Source of the DNA: Candidatus Heimdallarchaeota archaeon
GTDB lineage: Archaea > Asgardarchaeota > Heimdallarchaeia > Heimdallarchaeales > JAJRWK01
Direction of reading: 5' to 3'
Length of the DNA stretch: 57,911 nt
NCBI GenBank assembly: GCA_027001645.1
Contig: JALTMP010000185.1
Location: 1-57,911 of the forward strand
Shown here: piece after piece, positions 45,496-54,116 of the stretch
Layout: each line of letters begins with the position of its first letter
Numbering within the stretch: position 1 is the first letter of the stretch
The notes under the pieces: generated by a model
What the model saw: the letters and a program-made list of their open reading frames with translations, nothing else
Told to the model about the DNA's origin: nothing
Databases searched by the model: none
Made by a program: the position numbers and the translations under genes

Positions 45496-46818
45496 ATGTT
45501 GGATTGTGAGAGTATGGTCACATCAAATCCAAATGGGAAATCGGTTCTCATTATTGGGGGCGGAATTGCCGGAATGCAAGCCGCGTTGGATTTAGCAGAT
45601 CAAAAAATAAAAGTCTACTTGGTTGAAACACTTCCAAGCATTGGGGGACGTATGGCGCAGCTTGATAAAACCTTTCCAACTCTTGACTGCGCTTCTTGCA
45701 TTTTAACGCCGAGGATGGTGGACGTTGCAAGACATGAGAAAATTGAGCTTCTGACATATTCTGAAGTTCAAGAAATAGCCCGAGAGCACGGACATTTTGT
45801 GGTCAAGATTCTCAAGAAACCAAGATACGTCAATACTGAAACTTGTAATGGATGTGGAATATGCGTTACTAAATGTCCTAAGAGAGCTCCAAACGAATTT
45901 AACCTCGGTATGGATGAGCGTAAGGCCATTTATTTTTTGTTCCCACAAGCTGTTCCTTTGGTTCCTGTAATCGATCCGACTGCTTGTATCTATTTTCTAA
46001 GAGGCAAGTGTCGCGCATGTGAAAAACACTGTCCAACTCACTCCATCTCTTTTGATCAGGAACCCGAACTCACCGAAGTTGAAGTTGGGGCCATTATTTA
46101 CGCTACTGGCTTCAGCTTATACGATCCAAGCAAGAACAATGACTATGAATACAACACCTTTCCGGATGTGATTACCTCCTTGGAGTTAGAACGGCTCGTA
46201 TCCTCAACAGGACCAACGGAGGGCTGTGTGATTCGACCATCTAATGGTGAGAAACCGAGGAAAGTTGCTTTTATTCTTTGTGTTGGCTCTAGAAGCCAGC
46301 GAGCGAATTACTGGTGCTCCCGGTTTTGTTGTATGGCTTCAATTAAGCAAGCTGTTCTATTGAAGGAGCACGACCCCCGTATAGAATGTACAATTTTCTA
46401 CATGGACATTCGAGCTTTTGGTAAAGGCTTTCAAGAATTCTACGAACGAGCAAAGAGCGAGTTCAATGTACGTTTTGTCAAAGGAAGAGTTGGTTCTATA
46501 AAGGAAAACTCTCAGGAGGGCAATCTTCTACTTCGATATGAAAACATAGAGACAGGGTACGTGCAAGAGGAGAGCTTTGACTTAGTAGTGCTTGCTGTTG
46601 GAGCTGAGAATCCTCTACGTAAACCTCCCTCCTTCTTGGAACTGGATGATGATGGTTTTATCGCAGTTATGGATCGATATCTAGCTCCCGTGTACACGAG
46701 TGTGGAAGGAATTTTTGTTGCAGGGACCGCAGAAGGCCCTAAGGATATCCCTGATTGCGTTGTTCAAGCAAGCGCCGCTGCAATGGAGGCATCTATTTTG
46801 ATAACGGGAGGCGAATAA
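45496..46818 (+). CDS. Short HdrA-like flavoprotein (QmoA-like in architecture)
   Basis: LIIGGGIAGMQAALDLA is the FAD motif. The inserted ferredoxin shows CNGCGICVTKCP and CRACEKHCP. The HdrA-type cluster is CVGSR...WCSRFCCM. The protein lacks the HdrA N-terminal CxCGxNI domain and the C-terminal ferredoxin. Confidence 0.8.
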   Translation: MLDCESMVTSNPNGKSVLIIGGGIAGMQAALDLADQKIKVYLVETLPSIGGRMAQLDKTFPTLDCASCILTPRMVDVARHEKIELLTYSEVQEIAREHGHFVVKILKKPRYVNTETCNGCGICVTKCPKRAPNEFNLGMDERKAIYFLFPQAVPLVPVIDPTACIYFLRGKCRACEKHCPTHSISFDQEPELTEVEVGAIIYATGFSLYDPSKNNDYEYNTFPDVITSLELERLVSSTGPTEGCVIRPSNGEKPRKVAFILCVGSRSQRANYWCSRFCCMASIKQAVLLKEHDPRIECTIFYMDIRAFGKGFQEFYERAKSEFNVRFVKGRVGSIKENSQEGNLLLRYENIETGYVQEESFDLVVLAVGAENPLRKPPSFLELDDDGFIAVMDRYLAPVYTSVEGIFVAGTAEGPKDIPDCVVQASAAAMEASILITGGE

Positions 46819-46819
46819 A

Positions 46820-48772
46820 ATGAGTGAGGAAATACGGATCGGTGTATATGTCTGCCATTGTGGTATCAATATTGCTGGAGTCATTGATGTAAAGCAAGTA
46901 GTAGAACATGCAAAGACATTGCCGAACGTTGTGGTGGCGAAAGATATTCTGTTCACTTGTTCTAGCGTTGGACAAAATACTATCGTTGATGATATCAAGA
47001 GAGAGAAGCTTAACAGAATCGTTGTTGCAGCATGTTCTCCAAGAATGCACGAAAGTACTTTTCGAAATACTGTTGAGCAAGCAGGCTTAAACCCATTTCT
47101 TTTTGAAATGGCAAATATTCGTGAGCATAGTTCGTGGGTTCATCCCGATGATCCCGAAGGAGCGACCGAAAAAGCGAAAACTCTAGTTCGTATGGCTGTT
47201 GCGAAGGCAAAACTACTCGAGCCTATCGAAAAATCAAGAGCAGATGTGACGAAGAAAGTATTAGTGATTGGAGGAGGAGTTGCCGGTCTTCAAGCTAGCT
47301 TAGATGCTGCCAATCGAGGTCTATCAGTTACCTTGGTGGAAAAATTACCCGTTCTAGGCGGGAAAGCAGCGCTAATTGGGGATTTAGTGTATTCTGAAAA
47401 GAAAGGATGGCAGATCGTGAAAGAATTAGTAACCCAAGTGGTTACTCATGAGAAAATTCATGTTCTAACCAATACGACAGTTGAAAATGTTTCTGGAGCA
47501 TTTGGGGATTATCACGTAACTCTCACTATTACGCCGCGATACGTTAAAGAAACATGTTTGACCCCTGAAAAAGGAGAAGAAGCTTGTCCTGTTGAAGTTC
47601 CCAACGAATATGATTTTGGTTTAACTCGCCGAAAAGCCTTTTATAAGCCCTTTGAACAAGCCTATCCCCCTTTATATTTAATCGACATGTCTTCTTGCAC
47701 GAAATGTGGTCTCTGCCTCGAAGCGTGTGGGAATAACTCCATTGATCTAGAAGAAAAGCCAAAGACCTTGTCTGAAAAATTTGGAACAATAATCGTTGCA
47801 ACCGGATATGAGCCCTATACACCCTCTCTGGGGGAATACGGATACGGCAAAGATGGCAGAGTGATTACTCTCTCTCAACTAGAACGAATACTAAGTGAAA
47901 ATGGCCCCTCTTTTGAGGATCTCAATCTATTTGATTCTGTCGAAAACATAGTCTTCATAAGTTGTGTGGGTTCGATGGAAAACCCAAGAGATGAGGGTGC
48001 TAGGACGTACTGCTCCAGAATGTGTTGCTCTTCATCGATTAAGAATATGCTAAAACTCCGAGAACTCTTTCCTTCATCAAACATCTACTTCCTTTATCGT
48101 GACATACGGACCTATGCTAGAAAAGAAGAGCATCTTTACGAGCAAGCTAGTAAGAATGGAATTATTTTTCTAAAATACGATCTCTCGACACCACCCGATG
48201 TGAAAATCAATGGGAAACCAAGTGTGGAGGTCTTGGATAAACTTCTAGGCAAACGGATTCAGATTCCTGCCGATCTCGTTGTTCTCGCAAATGGCATGGT
48301 TCCTCCGGCTGATATCCTCAAACTACGGAGTCTTTTGAAGTTTCCATGCTCCTCTGAAGGCTGGGTTGCTGAAGCTCATCCTAAGCTTCGACCCGTCGAA
48401 CTTCCCTCCCCTGGAATATACATTGCTGGATCAATCCAGGCTCCTAAGGACATTATAGAATCATTGATCTCAGCAAGTGCTGCCACCGCAAAGGCCGTTA
48501 TTCCAATTATTCATGGGAGAGTGGAACTCGAACCTCTTGTTTCCTATGTCCATGAAGATGTTTGTGGAGCCTGTGGAATTTGTGTCTCAACGTGTCCCTA
48601 TGACGCAGTTCAACGCGTCGCTTTGGAAGATGGTAGAAGGGTAGCAAGAGTTGATCCTCGATTGTGCATGGGATGTGGTCAATGTGTAAGTGCTTGTCCT
48701 TCTGCTGCAATGCAACAAAAGAGTTTCACGGACAAACAGATTCACGAAATGATTGAGCAATTGGTGGTGTAA
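46820..48772 (+). CDS. hdrA: Heterodisulfide reductase subunit A (full-length HdrA architecture)
   Basis: The N-terminal domain is IGVYVCHCGINIAG. FAD binding is VLVIGGGVAGLQASLDAA. The inserted ferredoxin is CTKCGLCLEAC, followed by CSRMCC. The C-terminal ferredoxin shows CGACGICVSTCP and CMGCGQCVSACP. Confidence 0.88.
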   Translation: MSEEIRIGVYVCHCGINIAGVIDVKQVVEHAKTLPNVVVAKDILFTCSSVGQNTIVDDIKREKLNRIVVAACSPRMHESTFRNTVEQAGLNPFLFEMANIREHSSWVHPDDPEGATEKAKTLVRMAVAKAKLLEPIEKSRADVTKKVLVIGGGVAGLQASLDAANRGLSVTLVEKLPVLGGKAALIGDLVYSEKKGWQIVKELVTQVVTHEKIHVLTNTTVENVSGAFGDYHVTLTITPRYVKETCLTPEKGEEACPVEVPNEYDFGLTRRKAFYKPFEQAYPPLYLIDMSSCTKCGLCLEACGNNSIDLEEKPKTLSEKFGTIIVATGYEPYTPSLGEYGYGKDGRVITLSQLERILSENGPSFEDLNLFDSVENIVFISCVGSMENPRDEGARTYCSRMCCSSSIKNMLKLRELFPSSNIYFLYRDIRTYARKEEHLYEQASKNGIIFLKYDLSTPPDVKINGKPSVEVLDKLLGKRIQIPADLVVLANGMVPPADILKLRSLLKFPCSSEGWVAEAHPKLRPVELPSPGIYIAGSIQAPKDIIESLISASAATAKAVIPIIHGRVELEPLVSYVHEDVCGACGICVSTCPYDAVQRVALEDGRRVARVDPRLCMGCGQCVSACPSAAMQQKSFTDKQIHEMIEQLVV

Positions 48773-48774
48773 GA

Positions 48775-49209
48775 ATGTCCGCGAAAGAAGTAGAACAAAC
48801 TAGTTATGAACCAAAAATCTTGATGTTTGCTTGTAATTGGTGTGCATATGCCGGCTTAGATTTGGCGGGGACAAGTCGGCTCACCTACCCCGCTAACGTA
48901 ACTGTCATTAGAACGATGTGTTCAGGTCGAATCGATCCCTCTTTTGTAATTAAGGCACTAACTGAAGGTATTGATGGTGTTCTCATCGGCATGTGTAATT
49001 ACGGCGATTGTCATTACATAGATGGTAACTACAAGGCAATGAAGAGGTTTCTTTTGCTACAGAAGATGCTTCACGATCTTGGTATTGAAATGGAAAGGGT
49101 GCGAATCGAAGGGATCTCCGCTTCAGAAGGGCTCAAAGCGAAGCGAGTAATTAGTGAAATGGTTCATACATTACAAAAACTTGGCCCGTTGAAAATTGTG
49201 GAGGAATAA
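48775..49209 (+). CDS. mvhD: Methyl-viologen-reducing hydrogenase delta subunit
   Basis: MFACNWCAYAGLDLAG, RTMCSGRIDP and CNYGDCHY match. Confidence 0.9.
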   Translation: MSAKEVEQTSYEPKILMFACNWCAYAGLDLAGTSRLTYPANVTVIRTMCSGRIDPSFVIKALTEGIDGVLIGMCNYGDCHYIDGNYKAMKRFLLLQKMLHDLGIEMERVRIEGISASEGLKAKRVISEMVHTLQKLGPLKIVEE

Positions 49210-49213
49210 GAAA

Positions 49214-50191
49214 ATGGGAGAAAAACCTAAGGTTGCTTTTTATTGGTGTAGCACTTGTGGAGGTTGTGAGGAATCAGTAGTTGACCTTGCAGAGAACATC
49301 TTAGATGTGGTTGCCGCAGTAGATATTGTTTTCTGGCCCGTGGCTTTAGACTTTAAATTAGAAGACGTTGAATCTCTCAAAGATGGAGAAATTACTGTAT
49401 GCTTTATCAACGGGGCAATAAGAACTTCCGAAGACGTCCATATAGCAAAACTGTTGCGACAGAAATCACAGTTGATTGTCGCATACGGATCTTGTTCTCA
49501 TTTGGGAGGAATTCCTGGTCTGGCTAACTTCTGGAATCGGGAAGCCATTTTTCAACAGGTGTACAAGGATGCACCCACAATTCACGATGATGTGCCCATT
49601 TTTCCCCAAGAAAAATTCGAAATAGACGGGATTACTCTAACTCTGCCAACATTTTACAACACTGTGCGAAAGCTTGGCGACGTCATTGATGTAGACTACT
49701 ATATCCCTGGATGTGCCCCTAATCCTAATCTGTTGTTAGAAGCAATTAACTTACTTCTCTCTGGAAAGATTCCACCAAAAGGTTCCGTCTTGTCACCAAA
49801 TCGAAATATGTGTGAAGAATGCCCCTTGGAACGAAAAGAAGAGAAATTCAAGCTAACCTCATTTCATCGACCTTTTGAGATTATCCCTGAACCATCTAGA
49901 TGTCTGCTTGAACAAGGAATTATTTGTCTTGGACCAGTAACGAGAGTTGGTTGTGGTGCTCTCTGCATGCAAGTCAATATGCCTTGTAGGGGATGTTATG
50001 GGACAACAGACGGGGTCCAAGATGTGGGAGCGAAATTTGCCTCTGCGCTTGCCTCTATAATTGACGTCGAGAATGACGAAGAATTTGTGAAACTCATAGA
50101 GTCCATTCCGAACTATACGGGACTTGTCTACATGTTTAGTTTGCCGTCTAGTTATCTGAAGAGAAAGAAAATGGAGGTCAATAAACCATGA
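49214..50191 (+). CDS. mvhG: [NiFe] hydrogenase small subunit, Mvh/group-3c type
   Basis: KVAFYWCSTCGGCEESVVD is the proximal cluster motif. Distal Cys clusters are CEECP, GPVTRVGCGALC and CRGCYG. The ATG at 49214 follows a GGAGGA and the mvhD stop. Confidence 0.88.
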   Translation: MGEKPKVAFYWCSTCGGCEESVVDLAENILDVVAAVDIVFWPVALDFKLEDVESLKDGEITVCFINGAIRTSEDVHIAKLLRQKSQLIVAYGSCSHLGGIPGLANFWNREAIFQQVYKDAPTIHDDVPIFPQEKFEIDGITLTLPTFYNTVRKLGDVIDVDYYIPGCAPNPNLLLEAINLLLSGKIPPKGSVLSPNRNMCEECPLERKEEKFKLTSFHRPFEIIPEPSRCLLEQGIICLGPVTRVGCGALCMQVNMPCRGCYGTTDGVQDVGAKFASALASIIDVENDEEFVKLIESIPNYTGLVYMFSLPSSYLKRKKMEVNKP

Positions 50192-51672
50192 ATAAGAAAA
50201 AAATCATTATCGACCCTATCACTCGATTAGAGGGGCACGGGAAGATTACAATATTATTAGATGAAAATGGAGATGTCAATAGGGCATATTTCCAGGTTCC
50301 AGAACTTCGTGGTTTCGAAAAATTTTGTGAAGGGCTCCATGCTGAGGAAATGCCTCGGATTACTCAAAGAATCTGTGGAGTGTGTCCAACTGCTCATCAC
50401 ATGGCTTCAACTAAGGCACTAGATGACCTTTTCAAGGTCATTCCTCCCCCTGCTGCTACAAAAGTTAGAGATTTTGTATATAACGCGTTCATGGTGGAGG
50501 ATCATACTTTGCATTTCTTTTTCCTCGGGGGGCCCGATTTTATTGTTGGTCCTCAAGCACCCAAAGCAGAAAGGAATATTCTAGGGGTTATTCAAAAAGC
50601 GGGAATTGATGCTGGAAAGCGTGTAATACTTATGAGAAAAGCAATTCGTAATCTTTTAACTAAGATTACTGGAAAAGTGATTCATCCCGTATTCGGACTT
50701 CCGGGCGGCATTTCAAAGGCCGTTGATAAAGATACTCAGGAAAAAGCGATTAAGATTTCAAAGCAGGCCATCGAATTTAGCCAATGGGTAATGGAACTGT
50801 TCAACAAGATTGTTCTCGGAAACGATGAATATGTACAGCTGATAAAAAGTGAACCTTTTTACTATGAAACTTACTATATGGGCCTCGTTAATGAAAAGAA
50901 CCAAGTTGACTTCTACGACGGAACACTTCGCGTTGTCGATCCTCATGGAAAAGAATTTGCCAAATTCCATCCCTCCAAATACTTAGACTATATCGCTGAG
51001 CATGTTGAACCATGGACCTATGTTCGTCAGACCTATTTGAAGCCAATTGGCTGGAAAGGGTTTGTTGATGGTCCTGATAGCGGGTTGTATCGCGTCAATC
51101 CCTTAGCACGCCTCAATGTGTCTGACAGCATGTCGACTCCACTTGCTCAAAAAGAATTTGAACGCCTGTTCGACTTATTGGGTGAAAAGCCTGTACATTA
51201 CGTACTTGCTTGGCACTGGGCAAGACTGGTTGAATTGATTTTTGCAGCCGAGCGAATGTTAGAACTAGCTTCTGATCCCGAATTTATAGATTCTAATGTG
51301 CGCGAGATTCCTTCCAAGACTCCTCGTGAAGGAATAGGGTGTGTAGAAGCCCCAAGGGGAGTGCTTATCCACCACTACCAAACAGACGAAAACGCTGTAA
51401 TCCAGAAAGCTAATCTTATTGTTGCGACCCAACAGAATGCTGCCCCGATTAATCTTGGAATTGCAAAGGCTGCTAAAGGACTTATTCGGGACGGTCACGT
51501 GACCGATGGGCTGCTCAATATGGTTGAAATGGCATTTAGGGCATATGACCCTTGCTTCGCATGTGCTACACATTCTTTGCCCGGGCAATTACCACTAATG
51601 ATCGAATTGTATGACCATGAGAAAACCCTAATCGAAAAAGTCCCAATGTGGGAAAAAATAGGAGGGAAATGA
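50188..51672 (+). CDS. mvhA: [NiFe] hydrogenase large subunit, Mvh/group-3c type
   Basis: IIDPITRLEGHGKI is present. The NiFe L1 motif is RICGVCPTAHH and the L2 motif is DPCFACATH, followed by a cleavable tail of about 32 aa. There is an ATGA start/stop overlap with mvhG. Confidence 0.92.
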   Translation: MNKKKIIIDPITRLEGHGKITILLDENGDVNRAYFQVPELRGFEKFCEGLHAEEMPRITQRICGVCPTAHHMASTKALDDLFKVIPPPAATKVRDFVYNAFMVEDHTLHFFFLGGPDFIVGPQAPKAERNILGVIQKAGIDAGKRVILMRKAIRNLLTKITGKVIHPVFGLPGGISKAVDKDTQEKAIKISKQAIEFSQWVMELFNKIVLGNDEYVQLIKSEPFYYETYYMGLVNEKNQVDFYDGTLRVVDPHGKEFAKFHPSKYLDYIAEHVEPWTYVRQTYLKPIGWKGFVDGPDSGLYRVNPLARLNVSDSMSTPLAQKEFERLFDLLGEKPVHYVLAWHWARLVELIFAAERMLELASDPEFIDSNVREIPSKTPREGIGCVEAPRGVLIHHYQTDENAVIQKANLIVATQQNAAPINLGIAKAAKGLIRDGHVTDGLLNMVEMAFRAYDPCFACATHSLPGQLPLMIELYDHEKTLIEKVPMWEKIGGK

Positions 51673-51673
51673 C

Positions 51674-52876
51674 ATGATGCAAACAAGCGTTTTAGAACCA
51701 AAAGTTGCCCCTCCCAGCAAAGAGGCATTAAAGGTTAACCCTCAGTTAATCAATGAATTGAAGCAGTTTGGAGTTGTGTCCCCTGAAATCTGCTACAATT
51801 GTGGGCTGTGTGTTGCAGTCTGCGGACAATCCGGTGCAGAGCACAACTTCCCCCGAAGAACGATTCGGTGTGTTCAATTGGGTTTGGAAGAGGAGCTTCT
51901 TAGTAGTGTTGAACCTTGGCTTTGCTATTACTGTGGTGATTGTACTGACTCATGCCCAAGGGAGGCAGAACCAGCTGAAATGATGATGGGTATACGCAGA
52001 TGGCTCATTGCCAAGTACGATTACACTGGTCAAGCAAAGCATTACTATACGTCTACTAAGCGTCTTATTCTTGACACCGTTTTTTTTGCACTCCTTCCCG
52101 TGCTGGGTTTGTTCATCCTACACTACTTTGGTTGGGCAAGAATCGTTTCTAACGAAGTGAGAATTAATGAGTTCGCACCAGTCATGATAATCTGGATTGC
52201 TGCGATTATCACCGGAACAATCCATGCGTTGATACTACTTGCTGGGGGCTATCACATGTTCAAGCTTGTTATGAACGATGACGCCTTAAAAGATGAAATA
52301 AGAATTTCCGACTATCTCCTCGAGATAAAGGAATTTGTGGCTAATTTTATTACTCAGAAGAAATGGCTGGCATGTGGGAAGAAAGAAGCAACAAGATGGC
52401 TCAAACATCTGATCCTCGTTTTAGGGTATGCCACTATGTTTATACTCATCATCGGCTTTCTATGGTGGTTCCAAACAGATAACATTTATCCCATCACCCA
52501 TCCTCAAAGATGGATCGGCTATCTTGCAACGATTATACTATTATTCGGTACAATCGACATTATTGTTGGCCGTTTGCAAAAAAAAGATCAAATTCACAGG
52601 TTCTCACATCATAGCGATTGGGCCTTTCCCATCATCTTATTCCTTGTTGTTGTTACTGGCATCCTTGTTCATATTTTGAGATACATGGCTCTTCCTTTAC
52701 CAACCTATATCATGTATACTATCCATTTGATGGCCAGTAACGTCATGCTCAGCACTGAGGTTGGAGTTGGGAAATGGTCTCACCTTCTCTACCGTCCACT
52801 AGCTCACTATTTAGATGCTGTAAAGGAAAGAGCTCAGAAGCGAATACTGGTCCCCGGCGATCCAACTCAGATATGA
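51674..52876 (+). CDS. HdrC-like 2x[4Fe-4S] domain fused to a polytopic His-rich membrane domain (QmoC/HdrE/NarI-like)
   Basis: CYNCGLCVAVCG ... CYYCGDCTDSCPREAEP has HdrC-type spacing. At least 5 hydrophobic helices follow, with conserved-looking His residues (ILHYFGW, GTIHALILLAGGYHMF, LKHLILVLGY, GILVHILRY, KWSHLLYRPLAHY). It starts 1 nt after the mvhA stop. Confidence 0.7.
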   Translation: MMQTSVLEPKVAPPSKEALKVNPQLINELKQFGVVSPEICYNCGLCVAVCGQSGAEHNFPRRTIRCVQLGLEEELLSSVEPWLCYYCGDCTDSCPREAEPAEMMMGIRRWLIAKYDYTGQAKHYYTSTKRLILDTVFFALLPVLGLFILHYFGWARIVSNEVRINEFAPVMIIWIAAIITGTIHALILLAGGYHMFKLVMNDDALKDEIRISDYLLEIKEFVANFITQKKWLACGKKEATRWLKHLILVLGYATMFILIIGFLWWFQTDNIYPITHPQRWIGYLATIILLFGTIDIIVGRLQKKDQIHRFSHHSDWAFPIILFLVVVTGILVHILRYMALPLPTYIMYTIHLMASNVMLSTEVGVGKWSHLLYRPLAHYLDAVKERAQKRILVPGDPTQI

Positions 52877-52981
52877 TCTAATGTGGCCTATTCGATACGA
52901 TTCTTGGCTAAATTTCACTACTCTCCAAATAAACGATATATGGTTTCACATAGAATTATTTAGTAACGAAATGTGATCCTC

Positions 52982-53206
52982 ATGTGTGTGGTCCGCCCTC
53001 TAAGAATCATTTCTGTGAACGGAAGCAGTGCTGTTGTTGAACTTCCCTCCGGAGAAACTGCTATTGCAAATACTTCTCTTGTCGAGGCAAAAGCCGGGGA
53101 TTACGTGATTATTAACAATGGTTTTGTCATTCAAGTTTTGCCTCCTGAAGAAGCTCAAGCAACTCTGAGATTATGGGAAAAGCTTGATCAAATGAGCGAA
53201 ATCTAG
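52982..53206 (+). CDS. hypC: Hydrogenase assembly chaperone HypC/HupF
   Basis: The N-terminus MCVVRPLRII carries the essential Cys2. The size is about 74 aa. The ORF-track start at 52973 is a GTG. Confidence 0.85.
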   Translation: MCVVRPLRIISVNGSSAVVELPSGETAIANTSLVEAKAGDYVIINNGFVIQVLPPEEAQATLRLWEKLDQMSEI

Positions 53207-53221
53207 TATGAAGGAATAGGA

Positions 53222-53602
53222 ATGCACGAATATGGCATTATTTCTAATCTCATCCGCATAACTCTAGACCGTCTAGCCAAAGAAAGTGTTTCCAAAGTAT
53301 TACTCGTCGAAATTGAATTTGGTGAATTTCTTTTCATTAATCCTGAGAATGCAAGAATGGCATTTGATTCCTTGGTTTCAGGGACAATTTTGGAAGGCTC
53401 AGAATTGAGGCTACAGTTTGTACCGGGAAAAATACATTGTACTTCTTGTGGCTATGAAGGTGGTGTTCCTCTTCCGAAGGACAAACATCTGCACTACAGT
53501 AACCACTTGCTTATTTGCCCGAAGTGTAACGCTATCCCTCAAGTAGTACAAGGATTAGAGTGTGCTGTTACCCAGATTGAAATCGAATCTATTGTTGCCT
53601 AA
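53222..53602 (+). CDS. hypA: Hydrogenase nickel-insertion protein HypA
   Basis: MHEYGIISNLI is the MHE Ni site. The Zn site is CTSCGYEG...CPKCN. Confidence 0.88.
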   Translation: MHEYGIISNLIRITLDRLAKESVSKVLLVEIEFGEFLFINPENARMAFDSLVSGTILEGSELRLQFVPGKIHCTSCGYEGGVPLPKDKHLHYSNHLLICPKCNAIPQVVQGLECAVTQIEIESIVA

Positions 53603-54087
53603 TTCTTTTGACCACCCGGATTTTTCTCCTCTAATCCTACAAGTTTAGCAATTATCCCCGCGGCCTTTGGAACTGCATTGCTAACCTCCTCCGAAAGTTT
53701 TGTTGTTAATTCAGTAGAGATTTGTTTGAGTTGGCATGTTACAAATGTTATTCTCGTCCCTGTTTTGAGAATCGCTTCTATGATGCTCCTATCCGGGAAA
53801 AAGTGTGAGGATGCTTGCTCGGGTATTTGTGGTAAATTCTGAGCTTGAAGTATCTCGATCTCTCCTGGTTTTTTTCCCAGATCCATCGTATCAATTATGA
53901 TGATCCAATCTGGTCTCTCATCATCAATCGTCAAAGGACGTAGCCATTCTCCGCAAGCGAGGCCCGCATCAATAATTTGAGTATTTCTTGATGCCTCATA
54001 ATGCTGTTCAAGGTAGTTTATCACAGCTGGCCCAAATCCGTCGTCCCCCTTGAGAATATTGCCACAACCAATTACTAAGATGTCCAT
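53599..54087 (-). CDS. Hydrogenase maturation endopeptidase (HycI/FrhD/HoxM family)
   Basis: MDILVIGCGNILKGDDGFGPAV is present, followed by IIIDTMD and a later His. The size is 162 aa. Confidence 0.85.
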   Translation of the reverse strand: MDILVIGCGNILKGDDGFGPAVINYLEQHYEASRNTQIIDAGLACGEWLRPLTIDDERPDWIIIIDTMDLGKKPGEIEILQAQNLPQIPEQASSHFFPDRSIIEAILKTGTRITFVTCQLKQISTELTTKLSEEVSNAVPKAAGIIAKLVGLEEKNPGGQKN

Positions 54088-54116
54088 TCTTTTCCAACCT
54101 AGTTTACTTATTTTTC

